64,000 nt of DNA, taken from contig OZ250150.1 in the NCBI GenBank assembly GCA_965237675.1, positions 2,144,001 to 2,208,000 on the forward strand, in the 5' to 3' direction. Of the stretch, positions 27,758-38,457 are shown piece by piece (position 1 is the stretch's first letter; every line of letters starts with the position of its first letter). Both the position numbers and the translations under genes were made by a program. Source of the stretch: Candidatus Latescibacterota bacterium. Lineage in GTDB: Bacteria > Latescibacterota > UBA2968 > GCA-2709665. The notes under the pieces were generated by a model, which made no database searches, had not been told where the DNA came from, and was given only the letters and a program-made list of their open reading frames with translations.

Positions 27758-29008
27758 TCAAGAACTCGCATTGAGGGGGCCGCCGCCGAACATCAGGGCG
27801 ATGTCAGTGCGGATGTCCCGTTCGGTCAGCGGCCAGCCGGCGTGCTTCAACGCTTCGTACTTCCGGACGAAGACCGGTGCAATGGCTTTGATGGAGTGGG
27901 TCCATTTGTAGAGTAGCTGGTCCAGGACCCGGGCGTCGGAGTGTTGAGGCACGAAGCCGGCTCCGAGCAGTTCAAGGCGTTCGGCCGTGATCTCCTGGAT
28001 AATGCTGGGGTTGTTCAAAAACCACCAGCAGCCGAAGGGGAGAATATTGGGGAACTTTCGGGCGGCCACGCAGAGTTCGTGCTGGTTTTCGCGAGAAAGC
28101 AGCGTCACGAGGAAATTGACCTCGGGCCATTCCCGCGCGATGTTTTCCAGGACGGCGACATCCCATTTTCCCATGCCGTCGCCGCCGTCCTGCAATAGCG
28201 GGTTGACCTGGCGCCTGACGCCAACCATCATGGCCGCGGGGATTCCGCGCTCCCTGGCGGTGGGAAAGACCGCGGCATGCAGCAGCCTGGCTACGGGAGA
28301 CTCGGAGGGATAGACGAAATCCGGCGGGAGGGAGATGGCCATGTAACGGGCGTCCATGCGCGTGCACCCTTCGTTGAGGTAGCGGCGCAGTTCCGCGATT
28401 GTTCGCTCGGACAGACCGGATTCGACCCCGTATCCCAGCGCCTTCAACTTTTCGACTGGCGCGGGCCAGCCCGTCAGCGCGCTGTCCAGGCGGAGCGCGG
28501 CTTCAAAACGGGGGTCCCTGTCGAATCCGGCTTGCCAGATGGGGCCCTCCTGATCGTCGAGGGGATCGTTGGTCATAAAGACACGCGCCACACCGGATTT
28601 CCGGAAGATAAGATCGACGTAGTCTTCGGGGTCTGTCCGGGAGAAGAAGGCCCGGAATTCGGACAGGCTGTCCGCCCTGGGGTTCAGACCCAGCGCCGAC
28701 ATAACGGTAACCACACCGAGCTGGGCTTCGGATAGCGGGCTGCTGTCGCCGGCGAAGAGGCTCTGCCAGACGACGTCGGCCTGCCGCTGTTTGGTGAAGG
28801 CGTTGAATTGTGCGACGGTGATTCCAGGCGGAAGCTGACGGCTGGTCTCTGCTTTCAGGTAGTGGTAGGTGACCAGTTCGTCCGGGCCCATGAGACACAG
28901 CGGGCCCATTTGTGTTGGATAGAGGTGGGTATGGATGTCTACAATCGGCTGGTTTTCGAAGGCGAGGGCGACAGCGTCGTTGATGGAGAAGCCGGCAGGG
29001 GATGACAT
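27758..29008 (-). CDS. uxaC: Uronate (glucuronate) isomerase, Bacillus halodurans-like type
   Basis: DIHTHLY, TYHYL, MTNDP, GCWWFLN, QHSDARVLDQL.YKW. Confidence 0.85.
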   Translation of the reverse strand: MSSPAGFSINDAVALAFENQPIVDIHTHLYPTQMGPLCLMGPDELVTYHYLKAETSRQLPPGITVAQFNAFTKQRQADVVWQSLFAGDSSPLSEAQLGVVTVMSALGLNPRADSLSEFRAFFSRTDPEDYVDLIFRKSGVARVFMTNDPLDDQEGPIWQAGFDRDPRFEAALRLDSALTGWPAPVEKLKALGYGVESGLSERTIAELRRYLNEGCTRMDARYMAISLPPDFVYPSESPVARLLHAAVFPTARERGIPAAMMVGVRRQVNPLLQDGGDGMGKWDVAVLENIAREWPEVNFLVTLLSRENQHELCVAARKFPNILPFGCWWFLNNPSIIQEITAERLELLGAGFVPQHSDARVLDQLLYKWTHSIKAIAPVFVRKYEALKHAGWPLTERDIRTDIALMFGGGPLNASS

Positions 29009-29103
29009 GAGATTTACGCTTTCGGCCGGGCCGCACCCCGGTTGAACGGAGAACGCCGGCAATCGTGAGGAGCCGGTATTCATAGACCTTGCAGTACAAA
29101 CAC

Positions 29104-30072
29104 TCAGGCCGTCTGGATGAGGTATCCCTTTTCTTTGTCCACAACGTTCAGAAGGGGTTCTTCAGAAAGATAGCGTCGCAGGTTTTCCTTGAAGATTCGA
29201 AGGACATTTTCGCGGCCTTCGGGAGAGTACCCGCCGGAGTGGGGAGCGAACACAACGTTGGTCATGTCCCAGAGCGGGCTGTCATCAGGGAGGGGTTCTT
29301 CTTCGAAAACGTCCAGGCCGGCACCCGCAATGCGTTTTTCCCGGAGGGCCCGGATCAGGTCGGCTTCGTTGACGATGGGCCCGCGCGCGATATTGACCAG
29401 AAACGCCGTTTCTTTCATCCGGCTGAAGCACGCCGCGTCGATAAGCCCCAGGGTGCTTTCGTTCATTGGCAGGGCCACCACCACGTAATCGGCGTCGGAG
29501 ACGGCCTCCAGGAGACCGTCCGGGTCGAACAGCCGGTCCACATCCGGAGGTGGGGTTTTGACCTGGGCGTCGACCCCCGTTACCGTGAGGCCGAGGGCAT
29601 GGAGCCGCGTCGCGAGACTGCGCCCGATGGAGCCCAGACCGAGTACGCAGGCCGTCTTTCCGTCGATCTGCGAGACCGCCTCTCTGTGCTGGTCCCAGAT
29701 GCGGTCCCTCCGATCGCGTTCGAAGCCCATGAGGCCGCGCGCGTGGGCGAGCATGAACGCGAGCGCGGATTCGGCCATGGCGGCGTCGAAGGCGCCGGCA
29801 GTGTTGGTGATGATCACGTCGCTCGCGATCATTTCGGGATAGAGCATGGTCTCAAAGCCGACGCCGATACTCTGGACCCATCGAAGTCTCCTGGCTTCGA
29901 GAAAGGGGGCTCGCGGCAGGCGGCCGAAAACCACTTCGGCATCCGCAATTTCCTGCAGAAGGTCACCGTCTGAATGCGCGGCGACCGCCACAACGCGGGG
30001 AGACACCGATTCGAGCTGTTCCCGCCATTCGGTCCAGGGGCCGGCCATGATGACAACTTTTTCCGTGTCCAT
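29104..30072 (-). CDS. D-2-hydroxyacid dehydrogenase
   Basis: GLGSIG, VNIARG, GAGLDVFEEEPL, PHSGG. Confidence 0.92.
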   Translation of the reverse strand: MDTEKVVIMAGPWTEWREQLESVSPRVVAVAAHSDGDLLQEIADAEVVFGRLPRAPFLEARRLRWVQSIGVGFETMLYPEMIASDVIITNTAGAFDAAMAESALAFMLAHARGLMGFERDRRDRIWDQHREAVSQIDGKTACVLGLGSIGRSLATRLHALGLTVTGVDAQVKTPPPDVDRLFDPDGLLEAVSDADYVVVALPMNESTLGLIDAACFSRMKETAFLVNIARGPIVNEADLIRALREKRIAGAGLDVFEEEPLPDDSPLWDMTNVVFAPHSGGYSPEGRENVLRIFKENLRRYLSEEPLLNVVDKEKGYLIQTA

Positions 30073-30791
30073 CGCAGTCCTCTATGAAGTGCAGATTAAA
30101 AAATGCCGAAACGTCGCCGGCCCGCTCAGGCGCGCGGATTGTATCGCGGACCGGCCGCGCCGGAAAGCCTGTTCCGCAACACCTGATGAGTTGTAGTATA
30201 TTTCTTTCGGCGGCGCAAGTCAAGAATCCAAAAGCGGCAGAGCGTCTGGGCCAGGAGCTTCAGGAACAAAGCCGGAATTCCGTTTCCGAGCCGTTACCGT
30301 GCGTGGGACATGGGGGCGATTCGCGCCGATCGGAGTCTAAACCGCGGCCATGAATTAAACAAAAACAGAATATTTTTTACTGGTTTGTTGCGAATTGCCG
30401 CGATTTTACTATATTATTGGAAAGACTGTTGCAATTCATATCACCCGGCGCATTTTCTCCCGCGGACCTCATCCCCGATTTTCGCCGGTGAACCTCCCCC
30501 GGATTCCCGTTCCTTCCCAAAGAAACGCTGTGACACCTGCTCACAATAGAATAGGAGAACTTGCCTATAGTGACGAGGGAGGAGTTGTCTGTACACCTTT
30601 CAGTCGCAATGATGATTCGGATTGAGGAGTCTCCGAGTCCGAGTCTTTTTCCACAACGCCAAAATGATCCCCGCCGGGTCTTTGTGAACTGATTCGTGGC
30701 GATTTCATTCAATGTTGTCGGCCGTGGGTCAGGGTTGAAACGATTGGATCACAGACCCGAATCCCGAAACCTGCAGCAAAGGAATTTTGCA

Positions 30792-33425
30792 ATGACGTTC
30801 GATTCAGAAGTTTGTACTGCGAAGAACATTTGCAGATCCGTTGCGCGTGGAATGACCGCGCTGTTTTTCGTGTCCGGACTTTGCGTATCACAGGAAGTCC
30901 GCGCTTCGGAACATGCGGATACGACGTCTGCCGCGGCCGATTCCATGGAGATCATTCTCGATGAAATTGTAGAACTCGAGGAGCTTGTCGTGATCGGTTC
31001 ACGGCGGGCGCGCTCGGTGACGAAATCGGTCGTGCCCATCGACGTGGTCAGCGCCGAGGATTTCATCAAGCAGGGCGGCACGGATCTGGCCGATCTGATG
31101 CGAAACATCATCCCGTCATACAACGTCAACACCCAGCCGATCAGCGACGCTGGAACGGTTGTCCGGCCGCCCAACCTGCGGGGACTGGCGCCCGACCACG
31201 CACTGGTGCTCGTCAACGGCAAGCGCCGCCACCGGGCCGCCGTGATTCACTGGCTGGGCAACGGTGTTGCCGATGGCGCGCAGGGGCCCGACATGTCTGC
31301 CATCCCCGCAATCGCCCTGAAACGGGTGGAGGTCCTCCGCGACGGCGCCTCGGCGCAGTACGGATCGGACGCCATTGCGGGCGTGTTGGACTTCCGCCTG
31401 AAAACCAATTACGAAGGAATCGCCGCCAATGTCAAAGTGGGCAGTTTCCAGGACGGGAAGGGCAAGTTTCTCGGCGACGGCGAGATGTTCACGGCCGCAT
31501 TCAATGTTGGCCTGGGCAATGAGAACACCTGGGCAAACCTCAGCCTGGAATACGGCAACACCGGTGAAACCATCCGCTCTGTTCAGCGCAACGACGCCGC
31601 GGCGCTGATTTCGGCGGGAAATATCGAGGTGGCGAATCCCGCCCAGGTCTGGGGGCAGCCCTTCGTTCGCGACGACCTGAAATTCTTCGCCAACTACGGC
31701 GCCAACCTGGGTGAGAGCGTCGACTTCTACGGTCACGCGAACTATGCCAATAAAGAAACGGAAGGCGGGTTCTATTTCCGGAATCCCCATACGCGCAGCG
31801 GCGTCTTCAAGGGGCCGTTGATCGATCTGGATGGCGATGGCGAACCGGAGACGGCATCTGTCCTGGTTGGCGATCTGGACGGCGTGGGTCAGGGCAGCGA
31901 GTGTCCGACTGTACCCATCATCAACCACGTTCCGGATCAGAATGCGTGGCTGCAGGTCCGGGATAACCCCAATTGCTTCGCCTTCCTGAAGATGTTCCCG
32001 GGCGGCTTCACGCCCCGATTCGGCGCATTTACAACGGATGAATCCGTCCTGCTCGGCGTGAAGGGCACGGGTATCGGGGAGCAGGATCTGGCATCGTGGG
32101 ACCTGAGCATGTCCTACGGCCGCCACGAAGCGGACTACTTCATCTTCAACACGGTAAACGCCTCGATGGGGCCCGCCACGCCCACGTATTTCGACCCGGG
32201 CACCTACATTCAATCGGACGTCAACCTGGACTTCGGCGTGACCTACCCCGTGAACGCCCAGGTATTCCTCGCTGCCGGTCTTGAATATCGAAAAGAGACA
32301 TTCGAGATCGTTGAGGGGCAGATCGAGTCCTACATTATCGGCCAGCCGCTTGCCAGCCAGGGATTTCAACCGGCGACGAACGGGTTTTCGGGTTTCAGTA
32401 AAGTGGCCGCCGGTAGATGGGGTCGGTCCAACACGGCCGTGTACGCGGAAGGGGACGTTCAACCCATGGACGATTGGTCCCTTGCCCTTGCCCTGCGCTA
32501 CGAGAATTTCGAAGACTTCGGCGCCACCTCCAACTACAAGGTCGCCACCAACTTCGGCGTTTCCGAAAACTTGAGGGTGCGCGGCAGTTACAGCACGGGC
32601 TTCAGGGCGCCCACACCCGGCCAGCAGAACGCCTTCAACATCACCACGGAGTTCAACTTCGAGAAGAACGACCTGGTGAACAATGGAACGGTCCCCTCCA
32701 CGAGCCGCGCGGCCGCGTTGAAGGGAGCCAAGCCTCTCGATTCCGAGCAGTCCAAGAACGTCTCACTGGGTGTCGTCGTGGATATGGGCAAGGCAAGTAT
32801 GACAGTCGACTATTTTGACATCAGGGTGAACGACCGCCTGACGGTCTCACAGGACTTTTCGCTTTCCGATTCGGAGCGGGAACAGCTCATCAGGGAGGGT
32901 ATCACCAGCGCGGCGGGCCTGCAGGAATTTCGCTTCTTCACCAACGACTTCGATTCCCGAACCCAGGGGGTGGACGTGGTGTTCTCGGTGCCCGTGGGTT
33001 TGGGCGCCATGAATGTCGCCTACAACTACACGGGTACGAAGGTTACGGATTACAACCGGGAAATTCTGGACGATCTCCGGATCAAGGAACTCGAGCAGAA
33101 TCTTCCCAGGCAACGCGGGAATCTGACCCTGACACAAACGCTCACGAACCGCTGGGACGTACTGGGGCGCGCCAGCTACTTCGGCGAGTGGTACGATTCC
33201 GAAGACGATCAGGTCTACAGTGGCAAGGTTCTTTTCGACCTGGAAACCAGTGTCTCATTTGACGATTACAGGTCCGCGATCGCCATTGGCGCGCAGAACG
33301 TCTTCAATACCTATCCCGACGAACACCAGAAAGCCCGGGATAGGACGGGCAACAGGTACAGTCAGTTCAGCCCGTTCGGTTTCGGCGGCGCGTTCTGGTA
33401 CGCGAAGTACAGCTTCAACTATTAG
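30792..33425 (+). CDS. TonB-dependent receptor
   Basis: EELVVIGSR, LRGLAPDHALVLVNGKR, RVEVLRDGASAQYGSDAIAGV, C-terminal aromatic residue (YSFNY). Confidence 0.93.
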   Translation: MTFDSEVCTAKNICRSVARGMTALFFVSGLCVSQEVRASEHADTTSAAADSMEIILDEIVELEELVVIGSRRARSVTKSVVPIDVVSAEDFIKQGGTDLADLMRNIIPSYNVNTQPISDAGTVVRPPNLRGLAPDHALVLVNGKRRHRAAVIHWLGNGVADGAQGPDMSAIPAIALKRVEVLRDGASAQYGSDAIAGVLDFRLKTNYEGIAANVKVGSFQDGKGKFLGDGEMFTAAFNVGLGNENTWANLSLEYGNTGETIRSVQRNDAAALISAGNIEVANPAQVWGQPFVRDDLKFFANYGANLGESVDFYGHANYANKETEGGFYFRNPHTRSGVFKGPLIDLDGDGEPETASVLVGDLDGVGQGSECPTVPIINHVPDQNAWLQVRDNPNCFAFLKMFPGGFTPRFGAFTTDESVLLGVKGTGIGEQDLASWDLSMSYGRHEADYFIFNTVNASMGPATPTYFDPGTYIQSDVNLDFGVTYPVNAQVFLAAGLEYRKETFEIVEGQIESYIIGQPLASQGFQPATNGFSGFSKVAAGRWGRSNTAVYAEGDVQPMDDWSLALALRYENFEDFGATSNYKVATNFGVSENLRVRGSYSTGFRAPTPGQQNAFNITTEFNFEKNDLVNNGTVPSTSRAAALKGAKPLDSEQSKNVSLGVVVDMGKASMTVDYFDIRVNDRLTVSQDFSLSDSEREQLIREGITSAAGLQEFRFFTNDFDSRTQGVDVVFSVPVGLGAMNVAYNYTGTKVTDYNREILDDLRIKELEQNLPRQRGNLTLTQTLTNRWDVLGRASYFGEWYDSEDDQVYSGKVLFDLETSVSFDDYRSAIAIGAQNVFNTYPDEHQKARDRTGNRYSQFSPFGFGGAFWYAKYSFNY

Positions 33426-33491
33426 GTCGTCATTGGCGATTAGAACCAGCGCGGGCGGGACCGCCGCGTCGGATCACTTCGAACATAACAC

Positions 33492-33536
33492 AAGGAAACG
33501 CAACGGCAGGATTTACTGTCGTTGCGTTTCCTTTTT
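33492..33536 (+). terminator. Rho-independent terminator
   Basis: AAGGAAACGCAACGGCAG / CTGTCGTTGCGTTTCCTT stem followed by a T-run, between convergent genes. Confidence 0.85.
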
Positions 33537-33598
33537 GGGAGTTGTGCCTCCCGGCGAGGCGCCGGCCGACCCTATCCGACTGAGGGAAGCGAATGGGA

Positions 33599-34393
33599 TT
33601 ATTCGTGTCCGTAAACCACCGGGCAGTATTCCGTGTTGTGGATGAACTGGGCGAGGGTGCCTTCCGGTTGGGAGACGGGGTACGAATTCTCCGTACGCAT
33701 GTGGATGGCGAAACTCCGCCGCGGCGCGCCAGAGCGGTTGGGGCGGCTGCCGTGGAAGGTGAGGCAATGGTGGAATGAAACGCCGCCGGGGGACATAGTG
33801 GCTTCGACCTCCCGCCACGTTTCGCCCGGGGGAAGCGTGATCTGCTCGCGCTGCATCTCGATGTCGTCGCTGTTGTCGATGTAAAAGGCGCCCTGGTTGA
33901 GCAGACCCCATTTGTGGGAGCCGTTCACGAAGGCCATGGGGCCCGTGTCGGGTCCCACGTCGGATACGGCGACCCACGCGGTGAACAGCTCGCTTCCCTC
34001 TTTCCAGGCTTTCCAATACTGCCGGTCCTGGTGCCAGCCGACGCTCACGCCGGATCCCGCGTCCGTACTCGCGGGGGGCTTGGAAAGGAGTTGGACCCAC
34101 CAGACCTGGACCCGTTTTGCACCGGTGACTTCCGCGGCAAGCCTGCCGAGGTTCGGGTGGCTGACAAGTTCCTTAATGGCGCGATTGGCTAGCTGGGGCA
34201 TTTCGACTTTGCCCAGCTTGTTCGGGTCGTCGCCGGGATTCCAGTAGGAGGGCTGCGGCGGAATCCCCGTTTCGTACCGGCCCGCCAGCACGTCGTCCAC
34301 GCCTTCCATTGCGCGACGGACGAGGTCTCCGGGAATCACCGGCGTAGAGTGGATGACGTAACCGTCCCTGCGGTACGCTTCGTAGCGTGACAT
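33599..34393 (-). CDS. Phytanoyl-CoA dioxygenase (PhyH) family Fe(II)/2OG dioxygenase
   Basis: YRRDGY, WHQD, TAWVA, GSHKW, HGSRPN...RR. Confidence 0.9.
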   Translation of the reverse strand: MSRYEAYRRDGYVIHSTPVIPGDLVRRAMEGVDDVLAGRYETGIPPQPSYWNPGDDPNKLGKVEMPQLANRAIKELVSHPNLGRLAAEVTGAKRVQVWWVQLLSKPPASTDAGSGVSVGWHQDRQYWKAWKEGSELFTAWVAVSDVGPDTGPMAFVNGSHKWGLLNQGAFYIDNSDDIEMQREQITLPPGETWREVEATMSPGGVSFHHCLTFHGSRPNRSGAPRRSFAIHMRTENSYPVSQPEGTLAQFIHNTEYCPVVYGHE

Positions 34394-34421
34394 GGGATGC
34401 TCCTCGAGGCGCTCCGACCGT

Positions 34422-36071
34422 TCACCAGGCCGCGGCATAGCCGTCCCGACGCGGGTCCGACCCGCCGATAAGCGTGTTGGTTTCGGGGAGAATGCGGATC
34501 GCCTGGGCGCTGCCGGGGCCGTCCCAGTCGCCCAGGATCCGGAGGTCGTGGCCCCGATGAGCGAGGCCCTCACGGACGTCTGCGGAAAACCGGCCCTCCA
34601 GCTGCAGGACGTCCTCGCAGGTATGCGGGACGGTGGATTCCATCGGGTTCTGCAAGCTGCGCCACCGGGGCGCCTCCACGGCCTCCTGCGGGGTCATGCC
34701 AAAATCCAGAATGTGCGTGATGAGTTGGAGATTGGTCTGTACCTGGGTGTCCGCGCCCGGCGTTCCGCACACGAGAACGGGCTTGTTGTTTCGCGTCACG
34801 ATGACGGGGTTCATGGTGTGTCGCACCCGTTTGCCGGGTTTGAGGCAGTTGGGGTGGTCTTCCTCCAGATGCCAGTACGTCATCCGGTTGTTGAGAAGGA
34901 TGCCCGTGTTTCCGGCAATAAGGCCGGAGCCGAAACCGGATTGGATGGATTGCAGCACGCAGACGGCGTTTCCCCACCTGTCGGCCGTACAGAAGCACGT
35001 GGTGTCTTCATGGGATTCGGGCCGCCCGGCGGGGACGTCGACCGCCGCGCGATTGAGGTCGATACGACGTGCCTGCTGTTCCGCGTAGGCTTTGGAGAGG
35101 AGGCCCTTGAGCGGGATATCCAGCCAATCGGGATCGGCAACATAGGCTTCCCTGTCCGAAAAAGCGAGCTTTTTGGCCTCCACCATCAGATGGATGCACT
35201 CGGCCGTGTTGCAGCCGAGGGATTGCAGATCGAAACGCTCGACGATATTGAGTTCCTGGAGAAGGATGTGGCCGCTGGAATTGGGAGGCATTTCATAGAC
35301 GGTGTGGCCGCGGTACGTGGTTTGGATCGGGTCGTCCCACCGGGCGTGGTGGTTCGCCAGGTCTTCCAGCGTGAGCAGGCCGCCGCGGGCCTGGCTGAAT
35401 GCGACGATGGCCTCAGCGACGTCGCCTTCGTAAAGTGCCGCCCGGCCTTCGGCGGCGATCCGGCGCAACGTGGCGCCCAGGTCGTTCTGGCGAAGGACGT
35501 CGCCGGGAGCGAGGGGCTGGCCGTCCTTCGTAAACACGTCGCGGGTGAACGGGTCCAAGGCAAACCCCGCGGTCTGGCCGGAAAGGCTGCCGGACAATTT
35601 GTGGCTGACGGGAAATCCGTTTTCGCAAAGGGAGACGGCGGGGTCAAGGACCCGTTCGAGACCGAGGAGGCCGTGGCGCTCGTGGGCGATGAGCCAGCCG
35701 TCCACCAGGCCGGGGATGGAGACGCTCAGAATGCCCTTCATGGGAATACCGCCGCGTTTCAGATAGATTTCCCGGGTGGCCGCCCCGGGGGCGGCGCCGG
35801 TGGCGTTGACGGCCGAGACCCGGCCGGTATCGGACCGGTAGATGAGCAGAAAACCGTCGCCGCCCACGCCGGACGCGGCGGGTTGGACCACGCCCAGTGC
35901 GGCGGCCGTCGCAACCGCGGCGTCGACGGCGTTGCCGCCGGCCATGAGCGTGCTGATGCCGGCCTGGGATGCCAGGGGATGGCCGGATGCGACGAGGCCG
36001 TTCTTTCCCATCACCGATGGGCGAAAGGCGTGGTGGCCGATACCGTGAGGTGATTGCATGGCATACTCCAT
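34422..36071 (-). CDS. ggt: Gamma-glutamyltransferase family protein
   Basis: GGNAVDAAVA, SGVGGDGF, PPNSSG, DTT nucleophile site, PGKRVRHT, GTPG, SDPRRDG. Confidence 0.9.
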   Translation of the reverse strand: MEYAMQSPHGIGHHAFRPSVMGKNGLVASGHPLASQAGISTLMAGGNAVDAAVATAAALGVVQPAASGVGGDGFLLIYRSDTGRVSAVNATGAAPGAATREIYLKRGGIPMKGILSVSIPGLVDGWLIAHERHGLLGLERVLDPAVSLCENGFPVSHKLSGSLSGQTAGFALDPFTRDVFTKDGQPLAPGDVLRQNDLGATLRRIAAEGRAALYEGDVAEAIVAFSQARGGLLTLEDLANHHARWDDPIQTTYRGHTVYEMPPNSSGHILLQELNIVERFDLQSLGCNTAECIHLMVEAKKLAFSDREAYVADPDWLDIPLKGLLSKAYAEQQARRIDLNRAAVDVPAGRPESHEDTTCFCTADRWGNAVCVLQSIQSGFGSGLIAGNTGILLNNRMTYWHLEEDHPNCLKPGKRVRHTMNPVIVTRNNKPVLVCGTPGADTQVQTNLQLITHILDFGMTPQEAVEAPRWRSLQNPMESTVPHTCEDVLQLEGRFSADVREGLAHRGHDLRILGDWDGPGSAQAIRILPETNTLIGGSDPRRDGYAAAW

Positions 36072-36155
36072 CGTTATAGAGGTCGATTACCGCCCCACGG
36101 CGGTGGGGGTCTCCGGTTGCACTGCGCCGTACGGGCCTGACGAAGCAATCGTGGA

Positions 36156-37439
36156 TCAGGCTTTGGAACGGAACATCCCGGAGTAGGGTACCGGATCTAG
36201 AAACACGCCGCCGCTGCACCGGTAGTAGTCTTCGTCCAGGACAAAGGCCCCTGATCTGGGCGTGAGCCAGGCCGCGTCGGGGACGGGGTACGCCGAAAGC
36301 AGATCGGCCCAGTTGCCGTAATTTTCCGGGCCGTTGGATTCGAGAAGCCCGCCCGTGATACCGGGGAACGCCGGCAGGCGGGCAGCGATGTTTTTGTTCC
36401 ACTCCACCAGGAGGGGAATGCATCCGTTGTCGGCTACGAAACACGGCACGCCGGCCTCCGCCGCGGCGCGGACCATCCGGAACGCAAGAGAGAGGGTCTT
36501 ACCCGCGGGCTTGATGGCGATGGCCCCGTACCCCTGGTGGGTCCGGGTGTACACGTCCTCGACCGTCTGAACGCTCTCATCCGCCGCGAATCGGGCCGGC
36601 AGGTCGCCCACGTCGATCTCATCGGGATCCTGAAAGGGCTCTTCAATGAGAACGAGGTGCTCGTGAATGCCGGCTTTCCGAGTGTGGTCCAGGAGCCGGG
36701 CCATGGTTTCTTTGTGGGCGTATCGTGCGTTTGCGTCGAGATAGTAGAGAACTTTCCCGGAATCCGTCATCGGCGATTCGTAGCCCCGTGCAACACCATG
36801 GATGCGGTCGAGCCACGCGATGTCCTTCTGGACCATGTCCGCCTCCGCGCCCGGTTGGCCGATCTTGATCTTCAGGATGTAGACGCCGGTATCCAGGATG
36901 CCTTTCAGTTCGTCCATTGGCATCGTGTAGCCTACGGCGGGGGCCACGCCCAGATGGGTCTGGCGGCTCGCGAAAAAGGGCCGGAACGCACCCGGTATGA
37001 GATTGTCGAACGTGGTGATCCCGTTACGCTTCGCGTGGAGCATCCACGCGGCGTTGTCCAGGGCTACCAGGGCGATGAGTGTAAACGTGAGTCGCAGCCC
37101 GGGGTTTCCGGTGACGGTTCTGCCGTAGTCGTGCACATGCGGGGCGAGTTCCGACAACAGGGAGGGCGGGTCCGCGAATTCGCGGTTCACCGCCTGCTGA
37201 AGCGCGAATTCCAGAAGCGCGGACATGAGGATATTGCCGCCGACTTCGGTATGATTCGAAAACACGTCGGGGTCGGACCAGAGCACGGCCGTGCCGCCCA
37301 CGCCCACGGCTTCGGTACCGTCTTCGTCTCTCAGACGAACGATCAGGTTCCACTTTTCGTGGAAGGCGGCGCCCTTGAATGCGAAGGGCCTGGCGAAGGG
37401 TTGACGCTGGAGTTCCAGATCGGTGTGGACGATTCGCAT
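36156..37439 (-). CDS. Enolase-superfamily (MR/MLE-like) enzyme
   Basis: ILKIKIG, YLDAN, IEEP, ADES, AIK. Confidence 0.8.
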   Translation of the reverse strand: MRIVHTDLELQRQPFARPFAFKGAAFHEKWNLIVRLRDEDGTEAVGVGGTAVLWSDPDVFSNHTEVGGNILMSALLEFALQQAVNREFADPPSLLSELAPHVHDYGRTVTGNPGLRLTFTLIALVALDNAAWMLHAKRNGITTFDNLIPGAFRPFFASRQTHLGVAPAVGYTMPMDELKGILDTGVYILKIKIGQPGAEADMVQKDIAWLDRIHGVARGYESPMTDSGKVLYYLDANARYAHKETMARLLDHTRKAGIHEHLVLIEEPFQDPDEIDVGDLPARFAADESVQTVEDVYTRTHQGYGAIAIKPAGKTLSLAFRMVRAAAEAGVPCFVADNGCIPLLVEWNKNIAARLPAFPGITGGLLESNGPENYGNWADLLSAYPVPDAAWLTPRSGAFVLDEDYYRCSGGVFLDPVPYSGMFRSKA

Positions 37440-37446
37440 GCGGGCG

Positions 37447-38457
37447 CTACTCCCAGCGGGTCAGGTCCAGCAGGACGCCCAGATAGGCGTTTTTTTCTTC
37501 AAGGAGGCCCCGGTATGCCCGGGCGGCCTTGGTGGCCGGCAGGACGTGGGTGATCAGGGGGTCGACCTTCACGCGGTCGCGGGCGATGAAATCCAGCATG
37601 AGTTCGTTCGGGTCCGGATCGCCGTATTGGGCCGCGTCGGCCTGCCTGGAGCCATGCGCGCCGATTACGGACACCCCTGTGCGGTGAAGGTCAAAATAGA
37701 GGTCGATCTCGGCGCTGCCCCGCGGGCTGCCCAAAAGGATGACTCGTCCCATCTGGGCGGCGACCCTGATGGCCTGTGGGGCGACTTCCGGGTTGCCCGT
37801 GGCTTCAACCACGATCTGACAGCCCGCTCCGTTGGTGAGCGCGTTGACGCGATCCTGCAGGTTCTCCGTTTCCGGGTTGACGCCGGCGGCGATGCCGCAG
37901 GCCTTCGAGATGGCGAGCCGCTCCGAAACCGAATCTATGCCGATGACCCGGCGGGCGCCTGACAGAGTCATCAACTGTGCCGCCAGGTTGCCGATAAGGC
38001 CCTGGCCGAACACGGCGACGGTATGGCCGAGGCGGACGCTTGAAAGACGCACGGCCGTTAATGCAATCTGTGCGAGTACCGCGAACGGAGCATGTTCAAT
38101 AGCCAGGTTGTCAGGTAGCTTCAGCGGGGCCCGGCGCGAAGAGACGAGAGAATGGGAGGCGTGCTTTCCCCTCACGTAAACCAGGTCGCCTTCCTGGACG
38201 GTATCGACCTCACGGCCCGCAAGCAGCACCCGGCCCACGGAGGCGTATCCGGGGTAGAAGGGGTATTTGGCATAGGCGAAGTCCCGCAGTGGGAAACCCA
38301 CGTGTGTCTGTGTAAACATCGCCAGTTCGGTACCGGGGCTGATGAGGCCGTAGAGGTTTTCGACCAGGACTTCGCCTGGTTCGGGCGTGTCCCGGACCTC
38401 GACGTCGACGGTTTCGACCACCATTTTTCCGGAGAAAACGAGCTGTCTGGCCTTCAT
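37447..38457 (-). CDS. Zinc-binding (MDR) alcohol dehydrogenase-like protein
   Basis: ISPGTE, YPGYASVG, GQGLIG, VEATG, LITH. Confidence 0.85.
   Translation of the reverse strand: MKARQLVFSGKMVVETVDVEVRDTPEPGEVLVENLYGLISPGTELAMFTQTHVGFPLRDFAYAKYPFYPGYASVGRVLLAGREVDTVQEGDLVYVRGKHASHSLVSSRRAPLKLPDNLAIEHAPFAVLAQIALTAVRLSSVRLGHTVAVFGQGLIGNLAAQLMTLSGARRVIGIDSVSERLAISKACGIAAGVNPETENLQDRVNALTNGAGCQIVVEATGNPEVAPQAIRVAAQMGRVILLGSPRGSAEIDLYFDLHRTGVSVIGAHGSRQADAAQYGDPDPNELMLDFIARDRVKVDPLITHVLPATKAARAYRGLLEEKNAYLGVLLDLTRWE

Noticed and set aside
30400-30790. Cobalamin or TPP riboswitch before the TonB receptor
   Set aside because: Could not find the B12-box or TPP core motifs
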